Origin: the human T2T-CHM13v2.0 reference genome, Homo sapiens
NCBI RefSeq assembly: GCF_009914755.1
Contig: NC_060939.1
Reading direction: 5' to 3' (one strand)
DNA: 64,000 bases
Part shown: one piece after another, positions 30,932 to 46,364 of the stretch
Layout of the letters: every line of letters starts with the position of its first letter
How positions within the stretch are numbered: position 1 is the stretch's first letter
Notes under the pieces: model-generated
Database searches by the model: none
What the model was told of the DNA's origin: nothing
What the model saw: only the letters and a program-made list of their open reading frames with translations
Position numbers and translations under genes: made by a program

Positions 30932-31640
30932 GTGAGGGTAGCAGCATGGGGACGGGAGGGGAGGGACAGTGATTGTGGCAGTTGGGGAGGGGGTGCCCAC
31001 GCCTGTTAGGGGTCCTGCCAAGCCAGCTCTGGCTAGCAGGGCCATACCTTACTTCCACCTGTGGGATCCAGTAGGCAACTCACGTTACTGTTCTTAGCCT
31101 CCATTTCCTTGTCTGTAAAATGGGAACATGAGTGCTAAATGAGATCGTGCTATTTCTTGAATACACTGTGTGCGCCCCCTCCCAGGACCTTTCCACTTGC
31201 TCTTTCCTCTGCCTGGAACTTTCTGCCCCTAAACGTCTGCATGACTGGATCCCATATTTTGTGGAGGTCTTTGCTCAATGTCACCTCCTCTCAAGGCTCT
31301 CCTAGCTCCCTTGTATAAAATAGCACACCTCCGCTCCTCCCTCCCTATCCCTGGCCTCCCTGCGTTATTCTGCCTAGATTCGCCCCCACCTGGCGTTTGC
31401 TTGCTTCCTCCCTGTTCAAAGAGCAGGGTCCATCTCAGGGCCAGAGCGGCTGTTGCATAGTAGGTGCCCAATAACTGTGTAGAATAAACGATGTGACTCT
31501 CCCCACACGGTGCTTGGCACACAGGAAGCACTCAATAATAATAGCTACTTTAATAACAATATCCTCATCACATTTCAAATTCTCATCAGCATCTCTGCTC
31601 TGAGACGGCTTCCTCCGTGGGGAAGACAAAGCTGAGGGTC

Positions 31641-31659
31641 TGGCGCCATCTTGTGGCCA
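31641..31659 (-). promoter_or_regulatory. Probable CTCF site in intron 2
   Basis: Reverse complement TGGCCACAAGATGGCGCCA closely matches the CTCF core CCAC/GNAGA/GGGCGC; it includes a YY1-like AAGATGGC. Confidence 0.65.
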
Positions 31660-31963
31660 TAAAGAAGTGCCTGTCTCTACCCACGGCTGCTCTGATTTCT
31701 CTAGAGCAAGAAAGGGTTTTGTCTGGGTGACTTACCAGGTTTCATTCCCCCAAATGTCCCCTCCAAGGGGCACCCTGGTTCGACTGACAGGGCATGAGAA
31801 CTGGCCTGGGGCACCAGGGGTTTCAGCAAGAGATCCAAGGCTAGCTTAAGAACTTTAGAGATCTCTAGGTACTGCAAAGATTATGATACTGAGTATGATT
31901 CACAATAAAAATAATAACCATAAAGTCAATGTTATTTTTCTAAATGCAGGAAACCTTTAATGA

Positions 31964-32489
<526 letters not shown>

Positions 32490-33457
32490 TGCCGGGCCTT
32501 TTCCCCTCACTTCTGACTCATCAGCAAGTCCTGTTGATTCCCTCCTAAATAAACCTTGAATCTGATCCCTCTCTTCTTCTCTACTACCACCCTTTGAAGC
32601 CACACCACCCTCACCTCTTACAGGGACAGCTGAAACCGCCCCTAACTGGCCTCCCCCTTGCCCTGCCACAGTCCAGTCTCCACAGAGGAGCTAGAGTGAG
32701 TTTTAAGCATTGCTACTCAGATTATGCGTGATTAAAACACTCCCCAGTGATTCCCATTACTCATAGAAAAAGTTAGATTCCTCACTGGTCTCTTCAAGTC
32801 ATCTTTGGTCTGGGTGGGACATGCCCTCCCATCAGATGTGTCTGCCACACTGGACGCTCCCCGATATTTTCACACAGCAAGGCCAGTCTTGCCTCAGGGC
32901 CTTCCACCTGCTGTTTCCTCTACGGGGTTCTCTGTATGTCAGCTCTTTTTCATTCCCTATAAATTTCAGCTTAATTGCTTTAAAGAGCATGTGCCTCACC
33001 ACCATATTTAAAGGTACGGGTATTCTTTCTTGTATAAAAACAAATCGTGTTTCGTTAGGAAAAGAAAAAAAAAGAAAAAAAGAAAAAGCACTTGTGATTC
33101 TCTCTCCTCCAGAGAAACCACTATTGACATTTTTGGTGGATACTTTTTTGGACTCCCCAATTTATAACATTACTTACGCTCATGGGGAAATGCACATGGT
33201 GCAGGCAGGTGTAAAGTACCTGCCAGATTTTTGAAAAGCTGTTGCTTTACTTACTAACCTGCTGGCTCCTTTTCCTCACATACCTTAGTCACATGCTGAC
33301 GAGAATCTGTGTGCCCATTTGTCTCTCTCTCCCATTAAAATGTAAGTTCTGTGGGGATGTGACCGTAGTATTGCTCTCTGTTGCATTTCTGACTTTTATG
33401 CTTGGCACCTGTAGGTGCTGACTATATTCTTGACTGAATGAGGTCCTAAGACAATAA

Positions 33458-34430
<973 letters not shown>

Positions 34431-34906
34431 TAAATGTCCCCTTGGGGGAGGGGGGTTCTGCTTCTGTCGGCAGGGGTTGGGAGCTCCGAATCTGGCCCCA
34501 CCTTCAATCTCCCAGAACAGCAAGTTGCCTCCTAATGATAGGGAGAAAGATAACGGGGAGGTGGGGATGTTCACTGGAGGGGTTGGGGGCGGAGAAATCA
34601 CAGGCCTTCTTAAGGCTCTCCTGACTTCAAGGCTCTGGAAGCCTCTGGGAAGAATGGAGCCACATCTGGGTCAGCAGAGGGGTGGGCGAAGGAAAGGAGT
34701 CCTGATGGCAGGATTCACCAGGGCTGGAGCTGGTGAGAGTCACCTGCCCCAGGCCTGGCCCTGGGATTGGTCTGGTCAGGCCAAGACCCACCTGCTGTGA
34801 TTGTTCTCAGAAGATTGGGGAGACTCCATATCTGAGAGTCCTCAGACTTAATCTGCTTTTGCATCTAAGAAGAAAATAGGAAGATGGAACAGGGTCTGGG
34901 AATTGA

Positions 34907-35816
<910 letters not shown>

Positions 35817-37299
35817 TGAACAGCTGGGGAAGGACGGAGCGAGTAACTCCCTCTTTACTGGACCCTAACGTGGAATTTCCATAGGTTTGGGTGGCCAGAA
35901 GACTTTCAAAATCCCTTTCATAGACTTCAGGTGCTCACACTCTTCCCCACAAGTCCTTAAGGGACTCGAGCTGATAAGAACCATTTATAATGTTTGCCTT
36001 CCTAAGAGTGCTTTTCGTGGCACTTATGCTTCTTATGCAGAGGACAAGGTACCTGCCCGAAATTTGGAGGCATGGGCAGGAATTCTGGGGCAGCCACAAG
36101 GTGTGGCCCAGGGGACTTGGTGTGGGTGTGCTTTCCAGCAGGAACTCCTCTGAGTGGTAGGAAGGTATTCTGGGTCAGTGGGCGCCATCTGATTCTGAAG
36201 CCTGAGTGACAGCTGGCCCTCCCTAGTTAGTCCCCAACACCTGAGTCAACGTCAGCTCTTCTTCCTGCAGACTTGCGCTCCACCCAGGCAGCCGTTGGAT
36301 GGGCAGGGGCTGTCTCTGCTGCCCCCGTGTGGTCAAACACCAGATAGAGGCCACCCCTTTAGTGATTGTTAGTCTCTGGTTTCCAGGTTCTAGCCTCGTG
36401 GGCACCTCTTGTGCCTGAGGGTGTGAAGAGGGTTGAGGTCAAGAGCCGCAGTCTCCATCTGTGTTTGGCCCTGAGAGGCCTCTGGTCAGTCACTTCCTGG
36501 GCCGACGTGCTCAGTCTGGCTCTTCAGTATCTCTCCCTGGCCAACTGAGCTTTCCCAGGGACCTCGCCCTGGTGCACAGTGAGGTCAGGACAGCAGGTTT
36601 TGTCTGTCTGGTTCTCCTCTTGTCTTCTGATGACTTCCATCTGCCCCTCAGCCCATCCAAGTTCTGATCTCACCCCAAGTTTCCAGGTCTGCATGCACCT
36701 CAGGACTCACTTATTCCTGTCCTCTCCCTCTTGAGACCTATGTGGTCCCCACTTCTGACAAGCTCGGAGCCAGGGCCCGTCACATCGTCTGCTTGGAGTT
36801 CAGGCTCACTCCTCCTTCTCTCTTACGTGTTTCCTTCTGGCAAGGTTGTGCTCCTTCTGCCCACCCCTTCCCCAAGATGGAAAACACTCCCTTCCTGTGC
36901 TCTCCAGGAGAGAGTAGCTGCCCTGAGCTCTTGAATGTTCTGAGACATGTCCTTGACCTTTTAGAGAACAGCATATGGTTTGGTGGTGAAAATGCTGTTC
37001 ACAGGCGAAAAGAAGAAATAGAAGATAGAGTGATCTTGGCAGAGGATATGAAGCTTTCAGAGGAGGGAGGGTGGTAGTGAGGACACCTCCAGGGGCAAAT
37101 GGGAGCTGAGAAGGCCTTGAAGGATAAGGGGTCTTTGTGGTCATTTGCACCCTGGGCTGAGCTGGATATTTGCGATGCTGTGCAGAAAGGACTTATGAGT
37201 ATAAATGTGATTGCAAAGAGAATGTTTATCTCACCTAAGAGAAAATTCTCTATTTTAAACTTGAGTAGCTAACATTTAAAGTGATTTCAAAAAAATTTA

Positions 37300-37692
<393 letters not shown>

Positions 37693-38896
37693 TCACAGAC
37701 TGGCACAGCGGCTCTCAATCTTTGGGGGTCAGACCCTTCTTTGAAAATTGGATAAATGATCAATGCAGCAGTTTGCACATAACTCTGGAGGGTTCGCTGC
37801 CTCTCTAAACTCCTCCGTGGGTCTGTAGACCTGGGCTCCAGTGCCCTGCAGTGAGGAGATGAGCCATGATCAGAATCCAACTTTGGCCTCTCAGCCTAAT
37901 TTCCTCTCCTTCCCACCAGCCAGCCTCCTGTTTCTGTTAGAGCAGGTCTGGCCTACTTTGGAGCCCTTGGCCTGTATTTTGCTTCGGGCAGCTTTGTATC
38001 ATGTCAAACATTCTGGGATTCAGACTTTCAGTCCTCCAGCTGGTCTCTCCCGTACCTGATGAAGTTAGTGAAGTTGTGTGCTGTGCAGAGCCTCTTGGAG
38101 GGGGATTTATGGAGCAAGCCCTAGAGACGTGGCCTGAGCCTGTCCTTTCTTGGGTGAACAGGGCAAATGTAATTTGTGTTCCAGGGACACCACCAGTTAA
38201 GGGGGAACATAGAGACCCTCTGCTTGAGTATTTCCATGGCTCTGCCCCCTCCTCTGCTGTCAGAGCCCCATGATGGGATTTCCAGGGTGGTTATTGTTTT
38301 TTAATGTGTGCTCTGTGGATGGGCCCTCTTGGCCACATCAGCTGCTGCCCTCCTTTTCTGCACACCTCTCTTCATCACTGGGGTGATGGATCCCTGTGCT
38401 TCCAATGGCCAGAGCAGCAGTTTTGCCAGCAGTGCCTATTGAAGGTGACATCTGCAGATCCATGCACGAGGTGCATCTATGCTGGGGTCTCTGCCGCCAA
38501 AGGGTCCATAGCACCGCGCACTGCACTGACAGGGCCTCCTGCAGAAGCTGCTGAGGCCCTGGGTGTGCATCGTCTCCAGACAGCAAAGGAAAGCAGCACT
38601 GTCTTTTGTCAGGCTTTTCCTCTCAAGACTTCTCCCTAGGACCCAGCTGGGTGCAGGGGCTGGGCTAGAGGATGGTATGTAAGATGGAGTCACACAGGCT
38701 GTGCTCAGAACAGCTCCTGGCCCTACCCAGCTTTGGGTCCTCAACTTCATCCCTCTTGACGTGACAGCTCTAAGAGGAGGGGCCTCAGTGTTTCATGTTA
38801 ATATCCCCCTGGCAAGGCCCCTGCAGACCTACCTGACTCCTTGGGGAAACTCCAAGCCCTCACTCCAGCCCCGTCAGTGACCTCATCTGTATGTAG

Positions 38897-39123
38897 GACT
38901 CAGCGAACATTTTCTGTAAATGGCCAGGGAGTAAATGTTTTTAGGCATCGTGGGCCACACACCATCTCTGTTGCTGCTGCTTCTCCTTCTGTTCCTCCTC
39001 CGCCTTCCCCCATCTTTTTTTGGTAACCCTTTACAAATGTAAAAACCATCACTAGTTTGTGGACTGTACAAAAACAGGCCACAAGCCAGCTTTGGCCCAT
39101 GGGCTGTAGTTTGCTGCCTTCTG
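38897..39123. mobile_element. MER58-like hAT-Charlie DNA transposon
   Basis: TTTTCTGTAAA.GGCCAG..GTAAATGTTTTAGGC..TTTGGCCCATGGGCTGTAGTTTGC. Confidence 0.7.
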
Positions 39124-39671
39124 ATCCATAGAATGGGAGATGTCACCAGGTAGGGCTGAAGCAGTCAAAAGAGGGCCTCTGGAGGAGGTGAATATTGAGC
39201 TAAGCAGAGAATTTGGGAAACTGATAGCATTAGTGCAGAGGCTGGAAGGAGCCAGTTGCTTCTGGAGAGAATGGTTAGGACACCAGTTTGGCTGAAGCTG
39301 AGGCTCCTACAGTAGAATTAGAAAACTTAGGGGAGGGTAAGCAGCAGCCAACTTCTAGAGGTCCTTGAATCACGCTTGAAGCTTGAAGCATTATTCTAAA
39401 GTCACTAGGGAGCCATAGAAGGTACTTGAGCATCAATTCAACCACAGGCTCTTCAGCCCTTCCTGGTTGAGGCGTGTCCACATCAGCCAGGGTTGTATCA
39501 GGGTTTGGGGAGTGTATGGCGAAGGGACTGTAGGAACTTAAGTGAGCTTTATTCATAGTGTTAGGGCCCAGTGAGGGTGGGAGCCCCTGTTCACACTTGG
39601 AGCCAATGGTGCTGTCCTCCGGGACATGGGGCCAGGCATGACAGTCTCACTGTTGCTACTTTTCCTCTCAG

Positions 39672-39806
39672 GGCAGCCTATGACATTCCCCCCAGAGGCC
39701 CTGTGGGTGACCGTGGGGCTGTCTGTCTGTCTCATTGCACTGCTGGTGGCCCTGGCTTTCGTGTGCTGGAGAAAGATCAAACAGAGCTGTGAGGAGGAGA
39801 ATGCAG
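39672..39806 (+). CDS. CD276: CD276 exon 7: stalk, transmembrane helix, juxtamembrane region
   Basis: ttttcctctcag|GG acceptor; GQPMTFPPEALWVTVGLSVCLIALLVALAFVCWRKIKQSCEEENA; donor CAG|GTGAGT; 135 nt. Confidence 0.98.
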
Positions 39807-40572
39807 GTGAGTGTGTGTGTATGTGTGTGCGTGCGCATGCACACTTATGTGTCTTGGGGTATGTTGCTGTCTTTGATGTCAATAGAGTGTCACTTTCTAG
39901 TGACAGAACGAGTGTGTGTGTGCAGATGGGGCTGGATTTGTCTGTGTGTGACCTTGAGTCTACGTCTTGTGTGTGTGAACAAGCGTGAGCCTGTCTGTCC
40001 ATGTGCAGATACCACAGGATGAATGTGGATGAGTGTGACTGGAAGGTGGTGGGAGTGTAAGGCCAAGTGCTACAAAGGGATGAGTGTGTGCCAACAAGTG
40101 TGCCTGTGAAAGTGTAAGTCAGTCACGTGTGTGTGAGAGAGCAGGCCAGAGCATGGAAGCTGTGCGGCACAAATGTAGGCATGCCAGGGGCGTGCATGGC
40201 ACTGGGGGTGATCGTGCCTGCCTTGGAGTGAGTTTGAAGCAGCTGCCATTTGCGGGGCTGAGGGTCAGCCCGAGCTGGCATTGGTGACTGGTAAGTGGGT
40301 GAGAGGACATTGGTGGGTGGTGAGTTGACCCTGGTGGGTAAACAGATGCATGAGAGTAGATGGGTAGTCAGAGGCTGGGGATGGCTGGAGGTTGGGAAGG
40401 AGAGGGAAGAAGAGTGGTCAGTTGGCAGATAGGTGAGTACTTGTGAGGTAGACAGGTGGAAGGATGAGCAGGTAGACGGCTGGTTGGTTACATCTGTTGG
40501 AGGTTGATGGTTGGCAGGGCTACTGAGCGAGCGGATGGGTGAGGTGATGGGTGGGTGGGCTGGTGGAGGGTA

Positions 40573-40784
40573 GGTGGATGGTCTTTGGCTGGGTGTGTGG
40601 CGGGGGCTCCAGGTTGAGTGGATGGTCTTTGGCTGGGTGAGTGGTGGGCTCCAGGCTGGGTGGATGGTCCTTGACTGGGTAAGTGGTGCACTCCAGGCTG
40701 GGTGGATGGTCTTTGGCTGGGTGAGTGGTGGGGGCGCCAGGCTGGGTAGTTTTTGGCTGGGTGAGTGGTGGGCTCCAGGCTGGG
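40573..40784 (+). repeat. ~42-bp minisatellite, about 5 copies, intron 7
   Basis: Unit GTGGATGGTCTTTGGCTGGGTGAGTGGTGGGCTCCAGGCTGG. Confidence 0.92.
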
Positions 40785-40980
40785 AGCCCCTTCATGTTGT
40801 CACAGGCTCGGCTCTGCTGTGCTCTGCTCTCGGGCTCTAACCCGTGTCTAGCATTTGGTCCGCAGGTCAGGCCCACTCAGGCCCTGTTCACCAGCTTCCT
40901 GCACTCTCAGGTGGGAAAGTGCTGGCATGAAAATGGGCTTGCAAAAGATTTTTGTTTATTCTGAGTTCTTGCCTTTGCAG

Positions 40981-41022
40981 GAGCTGAGGACCAGGATGGG
41001 GAGGGAGAAGGCTCCAAGACAG
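40981..41022 (+). CDS. CD276: CD276 exon 8: cytoplasmic (G)AEDQDGEGEGSKT
   Basis: cctttgcag|GA acceptor, CAG|GTGAGT donor; 42 nt. Confidence 0.96.
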
Positions 41023-42467
41023 GTGAGTCTGAACTTGGAGCTGGCCCTCTTGGCTGGGAGAGGGACATATGGGAAAGGAGAGAGGACTCTAGGATCTGGA
41101 GGGGCCAGATTTGCTGTAAGGTTTGAATGAAATGTGTTCTGTGGACTCAGACCTCCCCACCCCGGTGAGTCTGCTCTTTGCCCAGAGTTAGGCAGGAAGT
41201 GGATCACCCAGTTCCCTCCCAGGTGTGGCTTCATTTCTCCTGCCAACCTTTACCCATCTGCCAGGGCCGATTCCACCTGATTGGCCCCACACCGTGGAGT
41301 CTGGTGGCTTCCTAGGGGTGGGAGCAGGGGCTCCGGAGATAGGGAGTCTGGGTTTAAGTTCCTGCTCCATCTCAGGTAAACAGAGTGGCCTTGAGCAAGA
41401 TGCTTTGCCTCTCTGGCTTCGGTTTCCTCTTATGTAAAATGAGGATAATCACAGATTCATAGGTTGTTTGAATTATTAATTGAGATAATGTATATAAAGG
41501 ACCTAGTATCATATCTAGTGCCAAGTGCTTAATACTCTGGAGTCCTATTACTATTAGGCAAACAGCTTAAGACAATACTGTTCTAGTTACAGACTGTGTA
41601 GCTTTGGGCAAGGTGCCTTGCTCCTCTGGGCATCAGTTTCCCATCTGTAAAATGTCATCCTGACCCTGCCCTGATGGCACCAGAGGGCTGTTTTGAAGCT
41701 CTTTCAGGTGACTGGAGAGGGAGGTACTTGCAAAGGACATAGGAGCATGGCACAGTAAGCTGGGGGCCCAGCTTGGGTGGGTGCCAAGGCACTGGTGCCC
41801 ATGGCCGACTCCCAGGGGATCCTGGGCTGGGAGAGGCAGGTTTCCGCTGAGCCATTTGGGATGGTTCCAGTTAATGCCAGTTCCCTCCCCACCCCCGCAG
41901 AAGGAAGGGCAGGAGATTGACACTTGGGGACTGCTATAAATTATGCCAATTAATTCTTTGCCTGTTGGTGCCCAGCGTGGCAGGCGTAGAGACAGCTCTG
42001 GGATCAGACCTCATTCTTCATGCTCAGAGGCAGATGTAGTTGGCAGAAGGGAGGGAGTGAGGAGAAGAGTGTGGGTGATGGAGTTGGTCAGTCTCATTCC
42101 ACATGGTCCCAGGCCCACCTGCAAATCTGCCAGCCTCCTTTAGCTTCTCACATCACCCTGTGTGTACATTGGGCTCAGGGCACTTCCGCATCTCCAGCTG
42201 GAGGTGGAGGGCTCGAGGGTTGTCCCATTCTATAGATGCAGAAAACTAAGGCCCAGAGAGGAGAATGACAAGCCACAGAGTGGAACTGGGACCTGGGACT
42301 GGGGCTTGGGACAGCAACCTAGGGCCCCTTCCCTTGTGCTATGAAGTGGTCCCACTCTGCTGACTTGTCCCGCCCCTTCCAGCCCTCACTCCTCCCTCTG
42401 CCTGACTCCCTACCCCACCACTTCCCATGGTTCCTCCCTCACCGTGTGCGCCTTCCTTTTTTTACAG

Positions 42468-42503
42468 CCCTGCAGCCTCTGAAACACTCTGACAGCAAAG
42501 AAG
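42468..42503 (+). CDS. CD276: CD276 exon 9: cytoplasmic (A)LQPLKHSDSKE
   Basis: tttttttacag|CC acceptor, AAG|GTAAAG donor; 36 nt. Confidence 0.96.
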
Positions 42504-43057
42504 GTAAAGACACCTGGGCTTGAGGTTGTGTCTGTGTATGCACACATCTGTGTGTGAGAGGCTGAGAGGGTGGGTAGGCATCATCCTTTCACTAGTGACC
42601 TGAGGCCCCCTCTGCAGAAGAGCAGCCTCAACTTCCCCCTGGTGAGATGGCAGAGGGCTGAGTAACCAAGGTCCCAGCTGCTCTGATGGGACCCAAATAC
42701 GACAGAGGCTTAAGCAGGACAGGAGTTTATTCCTCCTTCCTGTGATAGTGTGAGCATAGGTAATCGTAAAACCACTGATGACCTGGAGCCAGGTTCCACT
42801 TACCTGGATTCTGCCCTCTTCAACTTCAAGCTTTCACTCCTAGGTCTAAGAGGCTGTTTGTGCTCCCACGCCCCCTCCAGAGCCAAGAGGGAGAGAAAGG
42901 AAGGATATGTTTCCTTCTAGAGCTTGAGTGGAAGTAGCCTGCATCACTTCCGCTTACATTCCATTGGTCAGAACCCAGGCATATGAGCCCTAACTCAGGG
43001 GAGGCTAGAAAAGTGTTCAGCTGGGTAGCCATGTCCCTGGCGCACAGTGGGTGGTTA

Positions 43058-43603
<546 letters not shown>

Positions 43604-44266
43604 TCAGTCTCTGGCCATGCTGGACAACCACAGAGGCAGTGCCCAGATGGGGGAGCTCTTCTCCTCTCCCCAGGGACATACAGAGCCCCAAGAATGGGTG
43701 AGGGAGAGGGCAGGGGAAGGGCCCAAGCCCTTCTTCCCAAGTCTCCATTCAGCTTCAGATGCAGAGTGGGGTCTGAAAGATGAGTCTTTGGGATGGCCCT
43801 CCACATGGAGACAGGAAGCCCAAGGGAAGGAGGAGGGCCCCTGCCGTGTCACTCTCAGGGAAACCAGTGTGGAGGGGACACTGGGAAGGCTGCCTGCTGG
43901 ACGAGGGAGTTGGGCCAGGCCTTGGAGGGTGGATGGGATGGACAAACAGGAGATGAGAAGGGAAAAGTGTTGCACGTAGAGGGAGAGTGGAGGGAAGTGT
44001 ATCGGGCTGTGGGCCTGTGGGTACTGAGAGGGGGCTGCGTGAGGTGGTCCCCCTCAGGTGCCCCGGCGTGCCTGGCACCTGCATCTGTGTCTGGGCCTCC
44101 AGGGCCGTGGTCAGCACGGGGGCTGTCCGTTGGGCTGCTGTCTCACACACACTCCCCACTTGAAGTCTGACCAGGTGCTTGGGCTTCTGGCATAATCCCA
44201 AAAATAGATCTTCTGGCATCTAATGCTTTTCCCTTCCCTTTTTTTTCTTCCCATCATGAAATGAAG

Positions 44267-44289
44267 ATGATGGACAAGAAATAGCCTGA
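44267..44289 (+). CDS. CD276: CD276 exon 10 coding part: (D)DGQEIA*
   Basis: aag|ATGATGGACAAGAAATAGCCTGA; completes the 1605 nt CDS (534 aa). Confidence 0.95.
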
Positions 44290-45149
44290 CCATGAGGACC
44301 AGGGAGCTGCTACCCCTCCCTACAGCTCCTACCCTCTGGCTGCAATGGGGCTGCACTGTGAGCCCTGCCCCCAACAGATGCATCCTGCTCTGACAGGTGG
44401 GCTCCTTCTCCAAAGGATGCGATACACAGACCACTGTGCAGCCTTATTTCTCCAATGGACATGATTCCCAAGTCATCCTGCTGCCTTTTTTCTTATAGAC
44501 ACAATGAACAGACCACCCACAACCTTAGTTCTCTAAGTCATCCTGCCTGCTGCCTTATTTCACAGTACATACATTTCTTAGGGACACAGTACACTGACCA
44601 CATCACCACCCTCTTCTTCCAGTGCTGCGTGGACCATCTGGCTGCCTTTTTTCTCCAAAAGATGCAATATTCAGACTGACTGACCCCCTGCCTTATTTCA
44701 CCAAAGACACGATGCATAGTCACCCCGGCCTTGTTTCTCCAATGGCCGTGATACACTAGTGATCATGTTCAGCCCTGCTTCCACCTGCATAGAATCTTTT
44801 CTTCTCAGACAGGGACAGTGCGGCCTCAACATCTCCTGGAGTCTAGAAGCTGTTTCCTTTCCCCTCCTTCCTCCTCTTGCTCTAGCCTTAATACTGGCCT
44901 TTTCCCTCCCTGCCCCAAGTGAAGACAGGGCACTCTGCGCCCACCACATGCACAGCTGTGCATGGAGACCTGCAGGTGCACGTGCTGGAACACGTGTGGT
45001 TCCCCCCTGGCCCAGCCTCCTCTGCAGTGCCCCTCTCCCCTGCCCATCCTCCCCACGGAAGCATGTGCTGGTCACACTGGTTCTCCAGGGGTCTGTGATG
45101 GGGCCCCTGGGGGTCAGCTTCTGTCCCTCTGCCTTCTCACCTCTTTGTT

Positions 45150-45290
45150 CCTTTCTTTTCATGTATCCATTCAGTTGATGTTTATTGAGCAACTACAGAT
45201 GTCAGCACTGTGTTAGGTGCTGGGGGCCCTGCGTGGGAAGATAAAGTTCCTCCCTCAAGGACTCCCCATCCAGCTGGGAGACAGACAACT
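45150..45290 (-). mobile_element. L2 3'-end fragment in the 3' UTR
   Basis: CATTCA..TTTATTGAGCA.CTAC...GCACTGTGTTAGGTGCTGGGG. Confidence 0.65.
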
Positions 45291-45627
45291 AACTACACTG
45301 CACCCTGCGGTTTGCAGGGGGCTCCTGCCTGGCTCCCTGCTCCACACCTCCTCTGTGGCTCAAGGCTTCCTGGATACCTCACCCCCATCCCACCCATAAT
45401 TCTTACCCAGAGCATGGGGTTGGGGCGGAAACCTGGAGAGAGGGACATAGCCCCTCGCCACGGCTAGAGAATCTGGTGGTGTCCAAAATGTCTGTCCAGG
45501 TGTGGGCAGGTGGGCAGGCACCAAGGCCCTCTGGACCTTTCATAGCAGCAGAAAAGGCAGAGCCTGGGGCAGGGCAGGGCCAGGAATGCTTTGGGGACAC
45601 CGAGGGGACTGCCCCCCACCCCCACCA

Positions 45628-45635
45628 TGGTGCTA
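45628..45635 (+). promoter_or_regulatory. miR-29 family 8mer site
   Basis: TGGTGCTA, complementary to the miR-29 5' end UAGCACCA. miR-29 repression of B7-H3 is established. Confidence 0.88.
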
Positions 45636-45827
45636 TTCTGGGGCTGGGGCAGTCTTTTCCTGGCTTGCCTCTGGCCAGCTCCTGGCCTCTGGTAGAGTGA
45701 GACTTCAGACGTTCTGATGCCTTCCGGATGTCATCTCTCCCTGCCCCAGGAATGGAAGATGTGAGGACTTCTAATTTAAATGTGGGACTCGGAGGGATTT
45801 TGTAAACTGGGGGTATATTTTGGGGAA

Positions 45828-45833
45828 AATAAA
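45828..45833 (+). terminator. CD276: Polyadenylation signal
   Basis: AATAAA with upstream TGTA and downstream T/GT-rich element (ctttttctctgtgaagtgtttgg). Confidence 0.9.
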
Positions 45834-46364
45834 TGTCTTTGTAAAAAGCTTTTTCTCTGTGAAGTGTTTGGAAGCAGGGTGGGCCCCAGGACTCAACCAG
45901 CAGGATTCTCTCCTGGATGTTGCAGGCTGGGGTAGGGAAGCCTGGCCCTCCTTATCTCACCGTCCTTAAATCACTGGATCCCCAAGGCCATTTGGCTCCC
46001 TCCTTGGCTTCAGTTTCCCTCTGGGTAAAGTGAAGTTGGTTGTCCAGAAAGCCAGGCCCTTTGGTCACTGTATGGGGCTCCTCCCACTGGAAGCATCACT
46101 CAATTTCTTTGCCTCAGAAAACTCAAACCTAGGCTTGTTTAGGGCCTCTACTAATGAACCCATTTTAGAGACTGTGAAGCTGAGACCCAGTAAGAAGCTG
46201 GCACCAGGAAAAGAGTTCTGAATGCTGTTTCTGGCTGACTCAATTGGATGGGCACCAGGCCAGGGATCAGAGGTCCATTCCCAGGACATAGTTCTGCCCT
46301 ATGACCCTGAGCAGGACATTTACCTTCTCTGAGCCTTGGCTTTCTTGTACAAAAAATAGCCACC

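Larger units (their letters stand above)
44290..45850 (+). other. CD276: CD276 3' UTR
   Basis: From the stop codon to ~20 nt past AATAAA, followed by T/GT-rich sequence. Confidence 0.88.
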
